NCBI GenBank assembly: GCA_050115495.1
Contig: JASFQK010000013.1
Coordinates: 64,001-128,000, forward strand
DNA length: 64,000 nucleotides
DNA from: Phycisphaerae bacterium
GTDB taxonomy: Bacteria > Planctomycetota > Phycisphaerae > UBA1845 > Fen-1342
Direction of reading: 5' to 3'
The translations under genes were made by a program, and so were the position numbers. Below the pieces are notes generated by a model. The model worked only from the letters and a program-made list of their open reading frames with translations, made no database searches and had not been told where the DNA came from. This document shows, piece by piece, positions 18,319-26,677 of the stretch; positions within the stretch are counted from its first letter, which is position 1; each line of letters starts with the position of its first letter.

Positions 18319-20265
18319 ATGCCCCTGATCCAACGTCATTTGTCGTTCAGCGCCTTGTCGCCGAGCATCGTCGCGCCGTCTCCGCGCTGGTGTGCTGCGA
18401 TGCTCGTGCTGGCGGTGTCGATGCCGGCGGTGCTGGGCCAGGACCGCAGCGCCGATCGTCAGGCTCAAATCGACGCGCTCGATGCGCACGTGGCTCGGTT
18501 GGAGCCGCCGGCGACGCCCGAGGAACTCGTCGAGTTTTCCCGCCTGCTGTCCGAGCCCGAGGATCAGATCAACTGGCTGATCGCCCAGGTCACGCGCCTG
18601 GCCGAAAGCCGCCGGGCCGACGCCGTGAAGCTCCGCGACCTGACCGACCAACGCATCGACGCCTGGACCGCGCGCGGTGTCGCCAGCGTGGCCGCGCTGA
18701 AGGAAGCGCTTGCCGCCGCCTGTCCGGCGGAGCTACCGATCGCCGAGGTTCTCGATCCCGAGGAGCTCAAGGCGCGTCTGGTCGATCGTCTCAACGTCGC
18801 CGAACTGACCGATGCCGACAAGTTCCGGCTGCTGGCTCGCGGCGTGCCGTCGAGCAAGCTCGGCGTGCGCGGCACCGGGCGGGCCGGCACGTGGGATGTA
18901 CCGCGCGTGGTGTTGCAGCGTCTGGCGTCCGGGTCGGAGCACCGTTTGCCCGCGATGTGGGAATTGCTCGACCAGGACCGCAGTCTGCGTGAGGCCGCCA
19001 CGGCCACCGCAAATCAGACCGATCTGCCGCCACATGTCGCGGAGACTTTCGACATCGCCCGGGCATTGCTCGATCGGGCGATGGGGATCACGGACGGTCA
19101 GACGACGTCCGACACGTGGAAGACGCTGGCTGACACGCTCAGCGCGAATAGCGCCGACGCTGCCCTGTGGGAATGGGCCGCGGCAGCTCGACTCCTGCAA
19201 GCGGCGACGACACCGACGGCCGAAGCCCGCACGGCCGTGTTCGCCCAGGCCCGCGAGCACCTCGCGCCCGCCAGCACGGTGGCGGCCACGGTACCCAACG
19301 ACACCAGGTCGCTGGCGTCCGCGCTGGGTGCCTGGCTTGCCCGCGCCGACGAACCCACCTCGCCGCCGGCGGCCAGTGGCCTCCTGCCGCTACAGCTAGC
19401 CGCGCCCGCCGCCAATCAGACCCGCGCGGCGGCGGAAGCTGAACTCGCTCGTCTGTGGCCGCAGGCTCAGGCGGGCGACGAACGGGCGCTGAACAACGCG
19501 TTCGCCCAGATGCAGTACGCCAAGCTACGCGAGATCGGCTTGCCCGACGGGACGCCGTTGACCATCGCCGATGTACAGAAGCAGTTGTGCGAGCCTCATC
19601 ACGGAGCCGCCGTCCCCGGTGTGCACCTGTTCCTCGAAACGGTCGTCACGGCCAGCGGCGACTACTACGGTCTCGCGGTGCGCGCCGCGATCGGCTCGTT
19701 CTCGTCGCAGGACTCGTGGGAGGTGAAAGTCGTCGGCCCGGTACGATCGCGGTCAGAGCTGTTCGCGGCGGCACTGCCGGAGAAGGAGCGGCTCTCCAAG
19801 GGCCAGTTCGTCGTAGCTCCGGACGGACCGGGCCGCGTGGGCAAGGAGCTGGAGGACACCACCAGCCAGTTGGTAGCCTTCATCGAACCCTCGGACTCTG
19901 CCTTCGGTGACGAGGCGAACTGGCTGGTGTACGTACCTTCGGCGGCGGCGATGGCGGGAGACTCGCCGTGGACACTGGAGACGGCGCTGCGCCTCTGGTA
20001 TCGCACACTGCGCGCCCAGTCGTCCGCCGGCGCCGCGACGATGCTCGGTCGTCTGCCCCAGACGGGTGAGCCGGGGCATTGGCGTCTCGACTCACCGCTG
20101 CCCGACAAGCTGCTCTTCATGACGCTGGCTGTCGGCAGCGAGTACCCGACCAGTCTGCGATACACGCCCGACGGCAAGCAGTTTCGCCATCGCGTGATGA
20201 TCGGTCTCAAGGCCGGTGAGGTTCCTCCCAACGTGATCCTCCTCGGCGCTCGCCTGACGCCGTAG
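18319..20265 (+). CDS. Secreted hypothetical protein with degenerate CHAT-like C-terminal region (start uncertain)
   Basis: Signal-like MLVLAVSMPAVLG; PLTIADVQKQL, FVVAPDGP and LVYVPSA motifs. Confidence 0.65.
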   Translation: MPLIQRHLSFSALSPSIVAPSPRWCAAMLVLAVSMPAVLGQDRSADRQAQIDALDAHVARLEPPATPEELVEFSRLLSEPEDQINWLIAQVTRLAESRRADAVKLRDLTDQRIDAWTARGVASVAALKEALAAACPAELPIAEVLDPEELKARLVDRLNVAELTDADKFRLLARGVPSSKLGVRGTGRAGTWDVPRVVLQRLASGSEHRLPAMWELLDQDRSLREAATATANQTDLPPHVAETFDIARALLDRAMGITDGQTTSDTWKTLADTLSANSADAALWEWAAAARLLQAATTPTAEARTAVFAQAREHLAPASTVAATVPNDTRSLASALGAWLARADEPTSPPAASGLLPLQLAAPAANQTRAAAEAELARLWPQAQAGDERALNNAFAQMQYAKLREIGLPDGTPLTIADVQKQLCEPHHGAAVPGVHLFLETVVTASGDYYGLAVRAAIGSFSSQDSWEVKVVGPVRSRSELFAAALPEKERLSKGQFVVAPDGPGRVGKELEDTTSQLVAFIEPSDSAFGDEANWLVYVPSAAAMAGDSPWTLETALRLWYRTLRAQSSAGAATMLGRLPQTGEPGHWRLDSPLPDKLLFMTLAVGSEYPTSLRYTPDGKQFRHRVMIGLKAGEVPPNVILLGARLTP

Positions 20266-20305
20266 GCAAAGCACTGGCGTCCCGCCGTGAAATCGGAGAA
20301 CCTCC

Positions 20306-21052
20306 GTGAGTGATCAGCCCGTTCGCGTCCTCGTCTGGGACGAGCATCCGCCGCACGCCTCGAAGAGCCTCTATCCGGACAGCATCAACGGCGCCGTCGC
20401 CGACGGTCTGCGCCAGCTCGGCGGCGAGCGGCTCGCCGTGCGGACGGCATCACTCGACGATCCGGAGCAGGGGGTCTCCGCCGAAGCGTTGGCCGCCGCG
20501 GATGTTCTCATTTGGTGGGGGCACATCCGCCACGCCGAAGTCACGGATGACGCCGCCGCCCGCGTGGCCGAGCGCGTGTGCGAGCACGGGCTGGGCTTCG
20601 TCGCCCTGCACTCCGCGCACTACTCGAAGCCGCTGCAACGCATCCTCGACTGCCCCGGCCACCTCAAGGGTGGCTGGCGCGAGGACGGGCAGCCCGAGGT
20701 CATTCGCGTCTGCGCCCCGCAGCATCCCATCGCCGCCGGCGTAAGCGATTTCACCCTCGCCGAGGAGGAAATGTACGGCGCCCCCTTCGCCGTCCCGCCG
20801 CCCGCGGTGGTTGTGCTGCAATCGTACTTCCCCGCCGGCGGCGAGTACTTTCCGTCGGGCATCGCCTGGACGGTCGGCCGCGGGATCGACCCAGACTTCA
20901 CGTCCGGTCCGGGGAAGGGCGTCGGCCAGGGCAGGGGCGTCGGGCGCGTCTTCTACTTCCGCCCCGGTCACGAGGCCAACCCCACGTTCCACGACCCCAA
21001 CGTCCGCCGCATTCTCCTCAACGCCGTCCTTTGGGCGGCGGGCCGGGACTGA
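20306..21052 (+). CDS. thuA: ThuA-like (trehalose utilisation, GATase-like) protein
   Basis: VLVWDE, DVLIWWGH, GFVALHSAHYSK, EEMYG, RVFYFRPGHE. Confidence 0.9.
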   Translation: MSDQPVRVLVWDEHPPHASKSLYPDSINGAVADGLRQLGGERLAVRTASLDDPEQGVSAEALAAADVLIWWGHIRHAEVTDDAAARVAERVCEHGLGFVALHSAHYSKPLQRILDCPGHLKGGWREDGQPEVIRVCAPQHPIAAGVSDFTLAEEEMYGAPFAVPPPAVVVLQSYFPAGGEYFPSGIAWTVGRGIDPDFTSGPGKGVGQGRGVGRVFYFRPGHEANPTFHDPNVRRILLNAVLWAAGRD

Positions 21053-21196
21053 GACGCTGCCGCATCCGCCCTGAGGTAGAATACGTGGAACGTGGCGCCG
21101 CGGCTTCGATCGGTGCCCCCGCCCGTCTTCCCTGCACCGCGCGATTGGTGCGCGCCCCAACCAGGACGAGAATTCGCCAACCATTAGCGTCGTGCT

Positions 21197-21937
21197 CTAC
21201 CAGTCTGTCTCGTCTGGTACATCCGCTGACAGATCGGCCAGATACTGACGCGCTTGGTCGACGCAGTCTTCGACGCCGCCGAAGAAGTTCCGCAGCGCGC
21301 GCATGGTCTTGACGAGCTGCTCCAAGTCGGTGCGCGGGATGGAGTTTTCCTGGGTTCGTCCGCGTTTGTCACGTCGATAGCGAAATGTTTGGGATCTCGG
21401 GTCGAACTGATGGAACTCGTTGATCAGCCGTTCCACTTGCTTGTCGGTGTCGTCAGTGGGGTCGGGTGGTTCGCCGAGCGCCGCGACCATCTGCCGCTTC
21501 GCCTCGTTCCAGAGCGGCATGAGGCCATGCTCCTTTTGTAGATCGACCTTGACATGGACGCAGTCCGAGTCGCCTATGATGGAGTGAGCATCCTCGATCA
21601 GGAACTTGAGCGACACCTCCAGGTAGTGGCGGTAGCAGTACAGCATAGGGAGATACACACCGCGAAACTCGCGTTCAGGCTGGATCTGCTTGAGGTCCTC
21701 CTGCTGGAGCAGGTCGAGGGCGAGATTCTCACCGCCCCGGAACCAACCATTGCGATAATCCAAGTCCCACAGCAGGTTGCGCACGTGGTCTCGGGACGGG
21801 TCTCCCGGGGACTGCCGGCAGGGCGGCGCATCTGCGGGTCTCTTTCGCCGCGGCTGTTTAGACGCAAAAGGCCTGTGTTTGCGGCTCGGCCAGTCGAAAT
21901 CGGCGGGGTCCATCATGTTCCACCTTCGGTCGATCAA
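21197..21937 (-). CDS. Hypothetical protein, probable HEPN-like fold
   Basis: PMLYCYRHYLEVSLK...H.L..LW...DPRSQTFRY pattern; overlaps the antitoxin stop. Confidence 0.6.
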   Translation of the reverse strand: MIDRRWNMMDPADFDWPSRKHRPFASKQPRRKRPADAPPCRQSPGDPSRDHVRNLLWDLDYRNGWFRGGENLALDLLQQEDLKQIQPEREFRGVYLPMLYCYRHYLEVSLKFLIEDAHSIIGDSDCVHVKVDLQKEHGLMPLWNEAKRQMVAALGEPPDPTDDTDKQVERLINEFHQFDPRSQTFRYRRDKRGRTQENSIPRTDLEQLVKTMRALRNFFGGVEDCVDQARQYLADLSADVPDETDW

Positions 21938-22953
21938 TCATCGAGTGATAGGGACAAGCTGGCGGCATGCCGGTAGGAGATGAGGTTTTTCTCGGGAGTG
22001 TCTTTCCATGCAGGTTCCCGGTGCGATCGCTCGCTGATGGCCACCGAGCCGAGATCGTGGAACGTCTGCGCGACGTGCTCCAGAACAGCCCGTTCGTTCT
22101 CTGAGAACTCAACGTGGACATCCCAACTGGCCGGGCCCGCAAGTACCCTAACGTACTCGTATCCCTCGCTGAATGTGCCTTGTTCCACCTGGATGACGCC
22201 CTCGTCCTCGAGCGCCTCTTCGAGTGAGCCGTAGTCGACCGGAACGGGACCATAGGCGAGGCGGCGGTACGTCGTGCCAGTGAGTGACCGGCCGGTCTCC
22301 TTGTGGCACAGAAAATCCGCGTAGAACAGCAGCTTGTTGAGCTTCGTGCGCAACACTCCGCCGAGCTTGTGGCAGAACCACAGCACAGCAGCGGCATATC
22401 GCTCCTGGTCGAATGCCCTTCCACCGGTCACCTCGCTCGGGCCCAGGGGCTGAAACCGCGTGGCCGGCCGCAATTGCGCGCGCAGCTGAGACAGGGCGGC
22501 CTGTTCGGCTCGCTCTCGCTGCCAGTTGGAAAGCAAGTGCCCGCGTCGCTCCAGCAATGAGAGAATGGCGTCAGGCTTGTCGGCGAGACGAATCGTGTTG
22601 TCCTGAGTTTCTTCCTGCAGTCCGCCTTGTTCGTAGCGGTTGATTGTCGCCTCGCTCATCCCAAGCAGGGCAGCGAACGACTTCTGGCTCAACGCATAGC
22701 GGTCACGGATCTCACCGATCTCGTGCGGGAAAAGCAGCCCTTTCTGTCGTCGGTAGGCTGCGTAAGCCTCTCTCAGCAGACGCGCGTCCCGCTGTTCGTC
22801 GAACAGCTCTTCGCCACAGGTTGCGCACACCTCAACCTCGATCGGGAGTTCGACCTTGAGCCCCCGCACGTCGTAGGTATCAGTCTGTCGGCGAGCGACG
22901 AACTCGCGTTCGGTTTCGCAGCTCGGGCAGTAGTGCATCGCCATATCACTCAC
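21934..22953 (-). CDS. MqsA-family antitoxin: Zn ribbon + XRE HTH + DUF4065 (SocA/Panacea)
   Basis: CPSC..CATCGEE; LSQKSFAALLGMSEATINRYEQG; TKLNKLLFYADF..YGPVP..SH.EPAW. Confidence 0.9.
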   Translation of the reverse strand: MSDMAMHYCPSCETEREFVARRQTDTYDVRGLKVELPIEVEVCATCGEELFDEQRDARLLREAYAAYRRQKGLLFPHEIGEIRDRYALSQKSFAALLGMSEATINRYEQGGLQEETQDNTIRLADKPDAILSLLERRGHLLSNWQRERAEQAALSQLRAQLRPATRFQPLGPSEVTGGRAFDQERYAAAVLWFCHKLGGVLRTKLNKLLFYADFLCHKETGRSLTGTTYRRLAYGPVPVDYGSLEEALEDEGVIQVEQGTFSEGYEYVRVLAGPASWDVHVEFSENERAVLEHVAQTFHDLGSVAISERSHREPAWKDTPEKNLISYRHAASLSLSLDD

Positions 22954-23326
22954 CTCTCAGTGGATAGCGGAGCGCACGTTCAGCTCGGTGGAAGGACCAT
23001 ACCACTGCGCGACTAAGCTCCTTGTTCCTCGTGTCCGGCGCGAGACGCAACTTGATGTAGATTTCCTTGCCATCCAACTCGTAGCCGAAGATCCAGACAT
23101 CCCTCGACGGATCGTCATGCTCGGGTTCGGGGCCGGACGCGTAGTTTTCCACGCCCAGCTGAGCGAGGATTTCCTTTGCGCCATCGACCGAGAGCCCCAA
23201 ATCGACGAGCCCCTGGAGGTTTCTCTGCCGGTTCTTGAAATGAAACCAGCCGAATCCCATAGCCGTCTTGAACGACGTCAAGAACTCGACGACTTCCTGG
23301 CGCTTCCCATGGGCGCAACCCGTCAC
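22946..23326 (-). CDS. MqsR-like type II toxin (RelE superfamily)
   Basis: NY.SGPE...DVWIFG...EIYIKL...SFH.AE; overlaps the antitoxin start. Confidence 0.85.
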   Translation of the reverse strand: MTGCAHGKRQEVVEFLTSFKTAMGFGWFHFKNRQRNLQGLVDLGLSVDGAKEILAQLGVENYASGPEPEHDDPSRDVWIFGYELDGKEIYIKLRLAPDTRNKELSRAVVWSFHRAERALRYPLRGE

Positions 23327-23350
23327 TGGCTGGCTCCTTCCAGTCAGTAA

Positions 23351-23379
23351 ATACTATCATATGAAAGTGTTTTCGTCAA
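23351..23379 (-). promoter_or_regulatory. TA promoter with overlapping palindrome
   Basis: TTGACG-17 nt-TAGTAT; near-palindrome ACTATCAT|ATGAAAGT at 23353-23368. Confidence 0.7.
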
Positions 23380-23489
23380 GCCTTGCTCCCAGGCTCGCGC
23401 CAAGTGCTGATTATAGGACACTAACACGTCGTAATTAGGACCCTGGGCACCGCCTCTACCCACGGAGGTCGGGAGCGGGGACCATGCGA

Positions 23490-23860
23490 GCCGGCGGCAT
23501 ACCTGTTCGCGATTCGTGTCGTCAATGCACTCCGCGATGATCCGGAGCAAAGGGGCAACGATGTGGCCCCGGCTGCCGCCATCGTCGTTTGGTGGGGGCA
23601 CGTTTGCCATGCCGAAGTCACGGATGAAACCGCCGCCCGAGGTGGTTGCGCTGCAATCGTACTTCTCCGCCGGCGGCGAGTACTTTCCGCCGGGCGTGTC
23701 TTCTACTTCCGCCCCGGCCACGAGGCCAACCCTACGTTCCACGATCCCAACGTCCGCCGCATTCTCTTCAATGCCGTCCTTTGGGCGGCGGATCGGGACT
23801 AAGCGGCGCTGCCGAACCGGCTCTGCGGTAGAATGCGTGGAACGTGGCGCCGCGGCTTCG
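23490..23860 (+). pseudogene. Decayed, internally deleted copy of thuA plus its 3' flank
   Basis: Matches ~20420-21108 with two internal deletions and frameshifts. Confidence 0.9.
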
Positions 23861-23903
23861 CCCGGCGTCGATGTCACATCGTCACCGGGATGAGGTACGC
23901 ACC

Positions 23904-25346
23904 ATGCTCCGCCGCGACCTTCTCGCCCTCGCTCGTCTCGTTGCGGTTCTGACGATGGCTTGTCTGCTGGCCTGCCGGCCGGCGCCGCCTACGAACGGTG
24001 CCGAGCAAGCCGCCGAAGTGCCGGCGGACACAACCGCCAACGACACGGCCGGCGGCGACGAGGAAAGCCACAACGCCGTCACCGAGGTCACGCCCGGTCC
24101 GGACGTCGGCGGCACGCCGGGCGAACGCCTCCAGCCCACCGACCTTACGTACGAAGGCGCGTTCCGCCTGCCCGAGGACTTCAACTGGGGCGCCCGCGGG
24201 CTGTGCTTCTATCCCAACGGCGCCGGCGGCAACGGCTCGCTGCTCGTCACCGGCTTCGAGTTGCTGTTCGATCCCGCGCACCCGGGCGAGTCCTGCTACG
24301 ACCCGAACTGGGACTGCGGCGCCTACTGCGGCGAGGTGGCGATTCCCGCTCCGGCCCGGGCGGCCGACTGGCATGACCTGCCCGAAGCGACACTCCTGCG
24401 ACCGCTCACGCAGTTCGACGGCGATCTCGCCGCCACCGTGCACCGCGAGTACGTCCACGTCGAAGACCTCGCCTACGTCCCGCGCCGCGGCTCGCAGACG
24501 CAGGACAAGCTGTACGGTTCGCTCGTCGTCTGGTACGCCGAAGGCGCGTTTGGCGAAGACACATTCCCCACCGTGTGGCTGGCGAACCTCGACGGCACCG
24601 GCGCCCACGGCATGTTCCACATCGGCCCGCACGAGACGCCATTCCACGGCCGCAAGATGGGCGCGTACCTCTTCACGGTGCCCACGTGGTACGCGGACCA
24701 GTATCTCGGCGGGCGCACGCTCGTTACCGGACGTTGCCGCGGCACGCCAGCCGACGGCACCGAACCCGTGACGACTCGCGGCGGCTCGCAGGGGCCGACC
24801 TTGTTCGTGTTTCGCGCCTGCGACACCGACGATCCCACGGGCGACCTCGACGCGCTGCCCATGCTCTACTACCGCGTCAGCTTCCCCGGCTGTGCGGGTC
24901 CGAACGTCGGCGATCCGGCGAACTGCGACTACCCCGACTTCACCATGTGTGACGAATGGACCGGCGGGGCGTTCGTCGAGGGCACCGGTCGGCGGGCTAT
25001 CCTGCTGCTCGGCCACAAGGGCCTGGGCAACAACTGCTACGACGAGCCGCCCGTTAACTGCCACGATCCTTGCAGCGATGACCACGGCTACCACTGCCAG
25101 CCGTACGAGCGACAGGTCATCTTCTACGACGTGGATGCCCTCGGACAAACCGCCCTCGGCCAACACAACCCGTGGACCGTGCTACCTTACACGATCTGGC
25201 GGCCGACAGAGTTCTATCTCGGCCCGACGACCTGCTGGAACGCCGGCGGCATGGCCTTCGACCGCGAGAACCGGCGGCTGTTCATGGTGGAGCGTGGCCT
25301 GGACGATGACACCAACGCTGCCGTCGTGCACGTCTGGTCGCTGTAG
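23904..25346 (+). CDS. Hypothetical Cys-rich lipoprotein (possible propeller)
   Basis: LLA-C lipobox; acidic linker; LTYEGAFRLP; C-terminal GGMAFDRENRRLF. Confidence 0.8.
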   Translation: MLRRDLLALARLVAVLTMACLLACRPAPPTNGAEQAAEVPADTTANDTAGGDEESHNAVTEVTPGPDVGGTPGERLQPTDLTYEGAFRLPEDFNWGARGLCFYPNGAGGNGSLLVTGFELLFDPAHPGESCYDPNWDCGAYCGEVAIPAPARAADWHDLPEATLLRPLTQFDGDLAATVHREYVHVEDLAYVPRRGSQTQDKLYGSLVVWYAEGAFGEDTFPTVWLANLDGTGAHGMFHIGPHETPFHGRKMGAYLFTVPTWYADQYLGGRTLVTGRCRGTPADGTEPVTTRGGSQGPTLFVFRACDTDDPTGDLDALPMLYYRVSFPGCAGPNVGDPANCDYPDFTMCDEWTGGAFVEGTGRRAILLLGHKGLGNNCYDEPPVNCHDPCSDDHGYHCQPYERQVIFYDVDALGQTALGQHNPWTVLPYTIWRPTEFYLGPTTCWNAGGMAFDRENRRLFMVERGLDDDTNAAVVHVWSL

Positions 25347-25379
25347 GCACCCGCGCCCCATCGCCGGGCAAGGAGACAC

Positions 25380-26282
25380 GTGATGAAGGATCATCCGCAC
25401 CGCAACCGCCTGTTCAGCGTGCTCGCGATCCACGTGGCGTTCATTTGTGTGGTGGGGATCATGCTGCTGGGCGGTTGTCCGCTATCGCTCTTCACGGGTT
25501 CGACCGGTACCACTGACGACCAGCCCGGCCCGAGCAGCAGTGCGGACGCCGACACCGACACGAACCCGGCCAGCGGAGGCTCGGGGAACATTGTCGCCGA
25601 CCACCAGGCGGCGGCAGACTTCGACGACGTGCCGACGGCGTACTTCGCCACGGCCAAGTCGCAATTCCGCATCTTCTACGGCCACACGTCGCACGGCAGC
25701 CAGGTGGTGACCGGGATGAACATGTTGGACACGGGCGCGGGCACGCTCAGCGTCGAAGAGGAAAGCGGCGACCTGGGGTACGCCGGCGATCTCGACTGGG
25801 TGGACGTCACGCGCGACGCGCTGGACCAGCCCGGCAGCGACATCAACATGGTCATGTGGTCCTGGTGCGGCGGCGTCAGCAGCAACACCACGCAGGGCAT
25901 CGACACCTACCTGGACGCCATGAACGAGCTCGAAGGCGATTACCCCAATGTGGTGTTTGTCTACATGACCGGGCACCTCGACGGCACCGGTCCGAACGGC
26001 AACCTCTACACCCGCAACAACCAGATCCGCGCCTACTGCGCCGCCCACAACAAGGTCCTCTTCGACTTCGCGGACATCGAGAGCTACGACCCTGACGGCA
26101 GCTACTACCCCGACGGCACCGACTGGTGCGAATGGTGCGAGACCTGGTGTGACACGCACGACTGCCCGGACCTGAATTGCACCGACGACAGCGGCTGCGC
26201 CCACTCGGTGTGCTTCAACTGCTACCAGAAAGGCCGCGCCTTCTGGTGGATGATGGCCCGCCTGGCTGGTTGGGACGGTTGA
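25380..26282 (+). CDS. Hypothetical lipoprotein, possibly SGNH-like
   Basis: LGG-C; YGHTSHGSQ, MWSWCG, YMTGHLDG, LFDFADIESY, CAHS. Confidence 0.75.
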   Translation: MMKDHPHRNRLFSVLAIHVAFICVVGIMLLGGCPLSLFTGSTGTTDDQPGPSSSADADTDTNPASGGSGNIVADHQAAADFDDVPTAYFATAKSQFRIFYGHTSHGSQVVTGMNMLDTGAGTLSVEEESGDLGYAGDLDWVDVTRDALDQPGSDINMVMWSWCGGVSSNTTQGIDTYLDAMNELEGDYPNVVFVYMTGHLDGTGPNGNLYTRNNQIRAYCAAHNKVLFDFADIESYDPDGSYYPDGTDWCEWCETWCDTHDCPDLNCTDDSGCAHSVCFNCYQKGRAFWWMMARLAGWDG

Positions 26283-26330
26283 GCGACTCGCGCCTGCCAA
26301 ACACGGACGCGGCTCTTCACGGGTGGCTCA

Positions 26331-26368
26331 GAAAGGAAAAACCCCGCTCCGAGACCGGAAGCGGGGTT
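26331..26368 (-). terminator. Intrinsic terminator after tRNA-Ser(CGA)
   Basis: AACCCCGCTTCCGGTCTCGGAGCGGGGTTTTTCCTTT. Confidence 0.85.
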
Positions 26369-26371
26369 CGA

Positions 26372-26458
26372 CGGAGAGGGCGGGATTCGAACCCGCGGTA
26401 CGGTTGCCCGTACACCGGTTTTCGAAACCGGCCCGATCGGCCACTCCGGCACCTCTCC
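26372..26458 (-). tRNA. tRNA-Ser(CGA)
   Basis: GGAGAGGTGCCGGAGTGG...CCGGT-TTCGAAA-ACCGG, long variable arm, GGTTCGAATCC. Confidence 0.96.
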
Positions 26459-26630
26459 AGGCCTGCGTCGCCCGCCGCGACGGCCATCGCCGGCTGGACC
26501 GGGGGATAGGCCGCGCGACCGACGCGCGAACGGGCATTGTAACCGCCGAATCCCCCCCGGCCAAGCGGACGCAAGAACAGCCTTAAGCCCTGAGCCTTGA
26601 ACCAGAAGCTATCGGCCGTTTCCCCGCTCC

Positions 26631-26675
26631 GGCTGATGGCTGACGGCTGACGGCTGACGGCTGATGGCTAACGGC
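26631..26675. repeat. Heptamer tandem repeat (GGCTGAY) x6
   Basis: ggctgat ggctgac ggctgac ggctgac ggctgat ggctaac. Confidence 0.9.
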
Positions 26676-26677
26676 CG

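Noticed and set aside
23490..23860. thuA duplicate as a DGR template/variable repeat pair
   Set aside because: Mismatches are mainly C/T transitions and deletions rather than adenine-specific, and there is no reverse transcriptase in the window
26372..26458. tRNA next to selB as tRNA-Sec (selC)
   Set aside because: The anticodon reads CGA, not TCA, and the acceptor stem is a normal serine type
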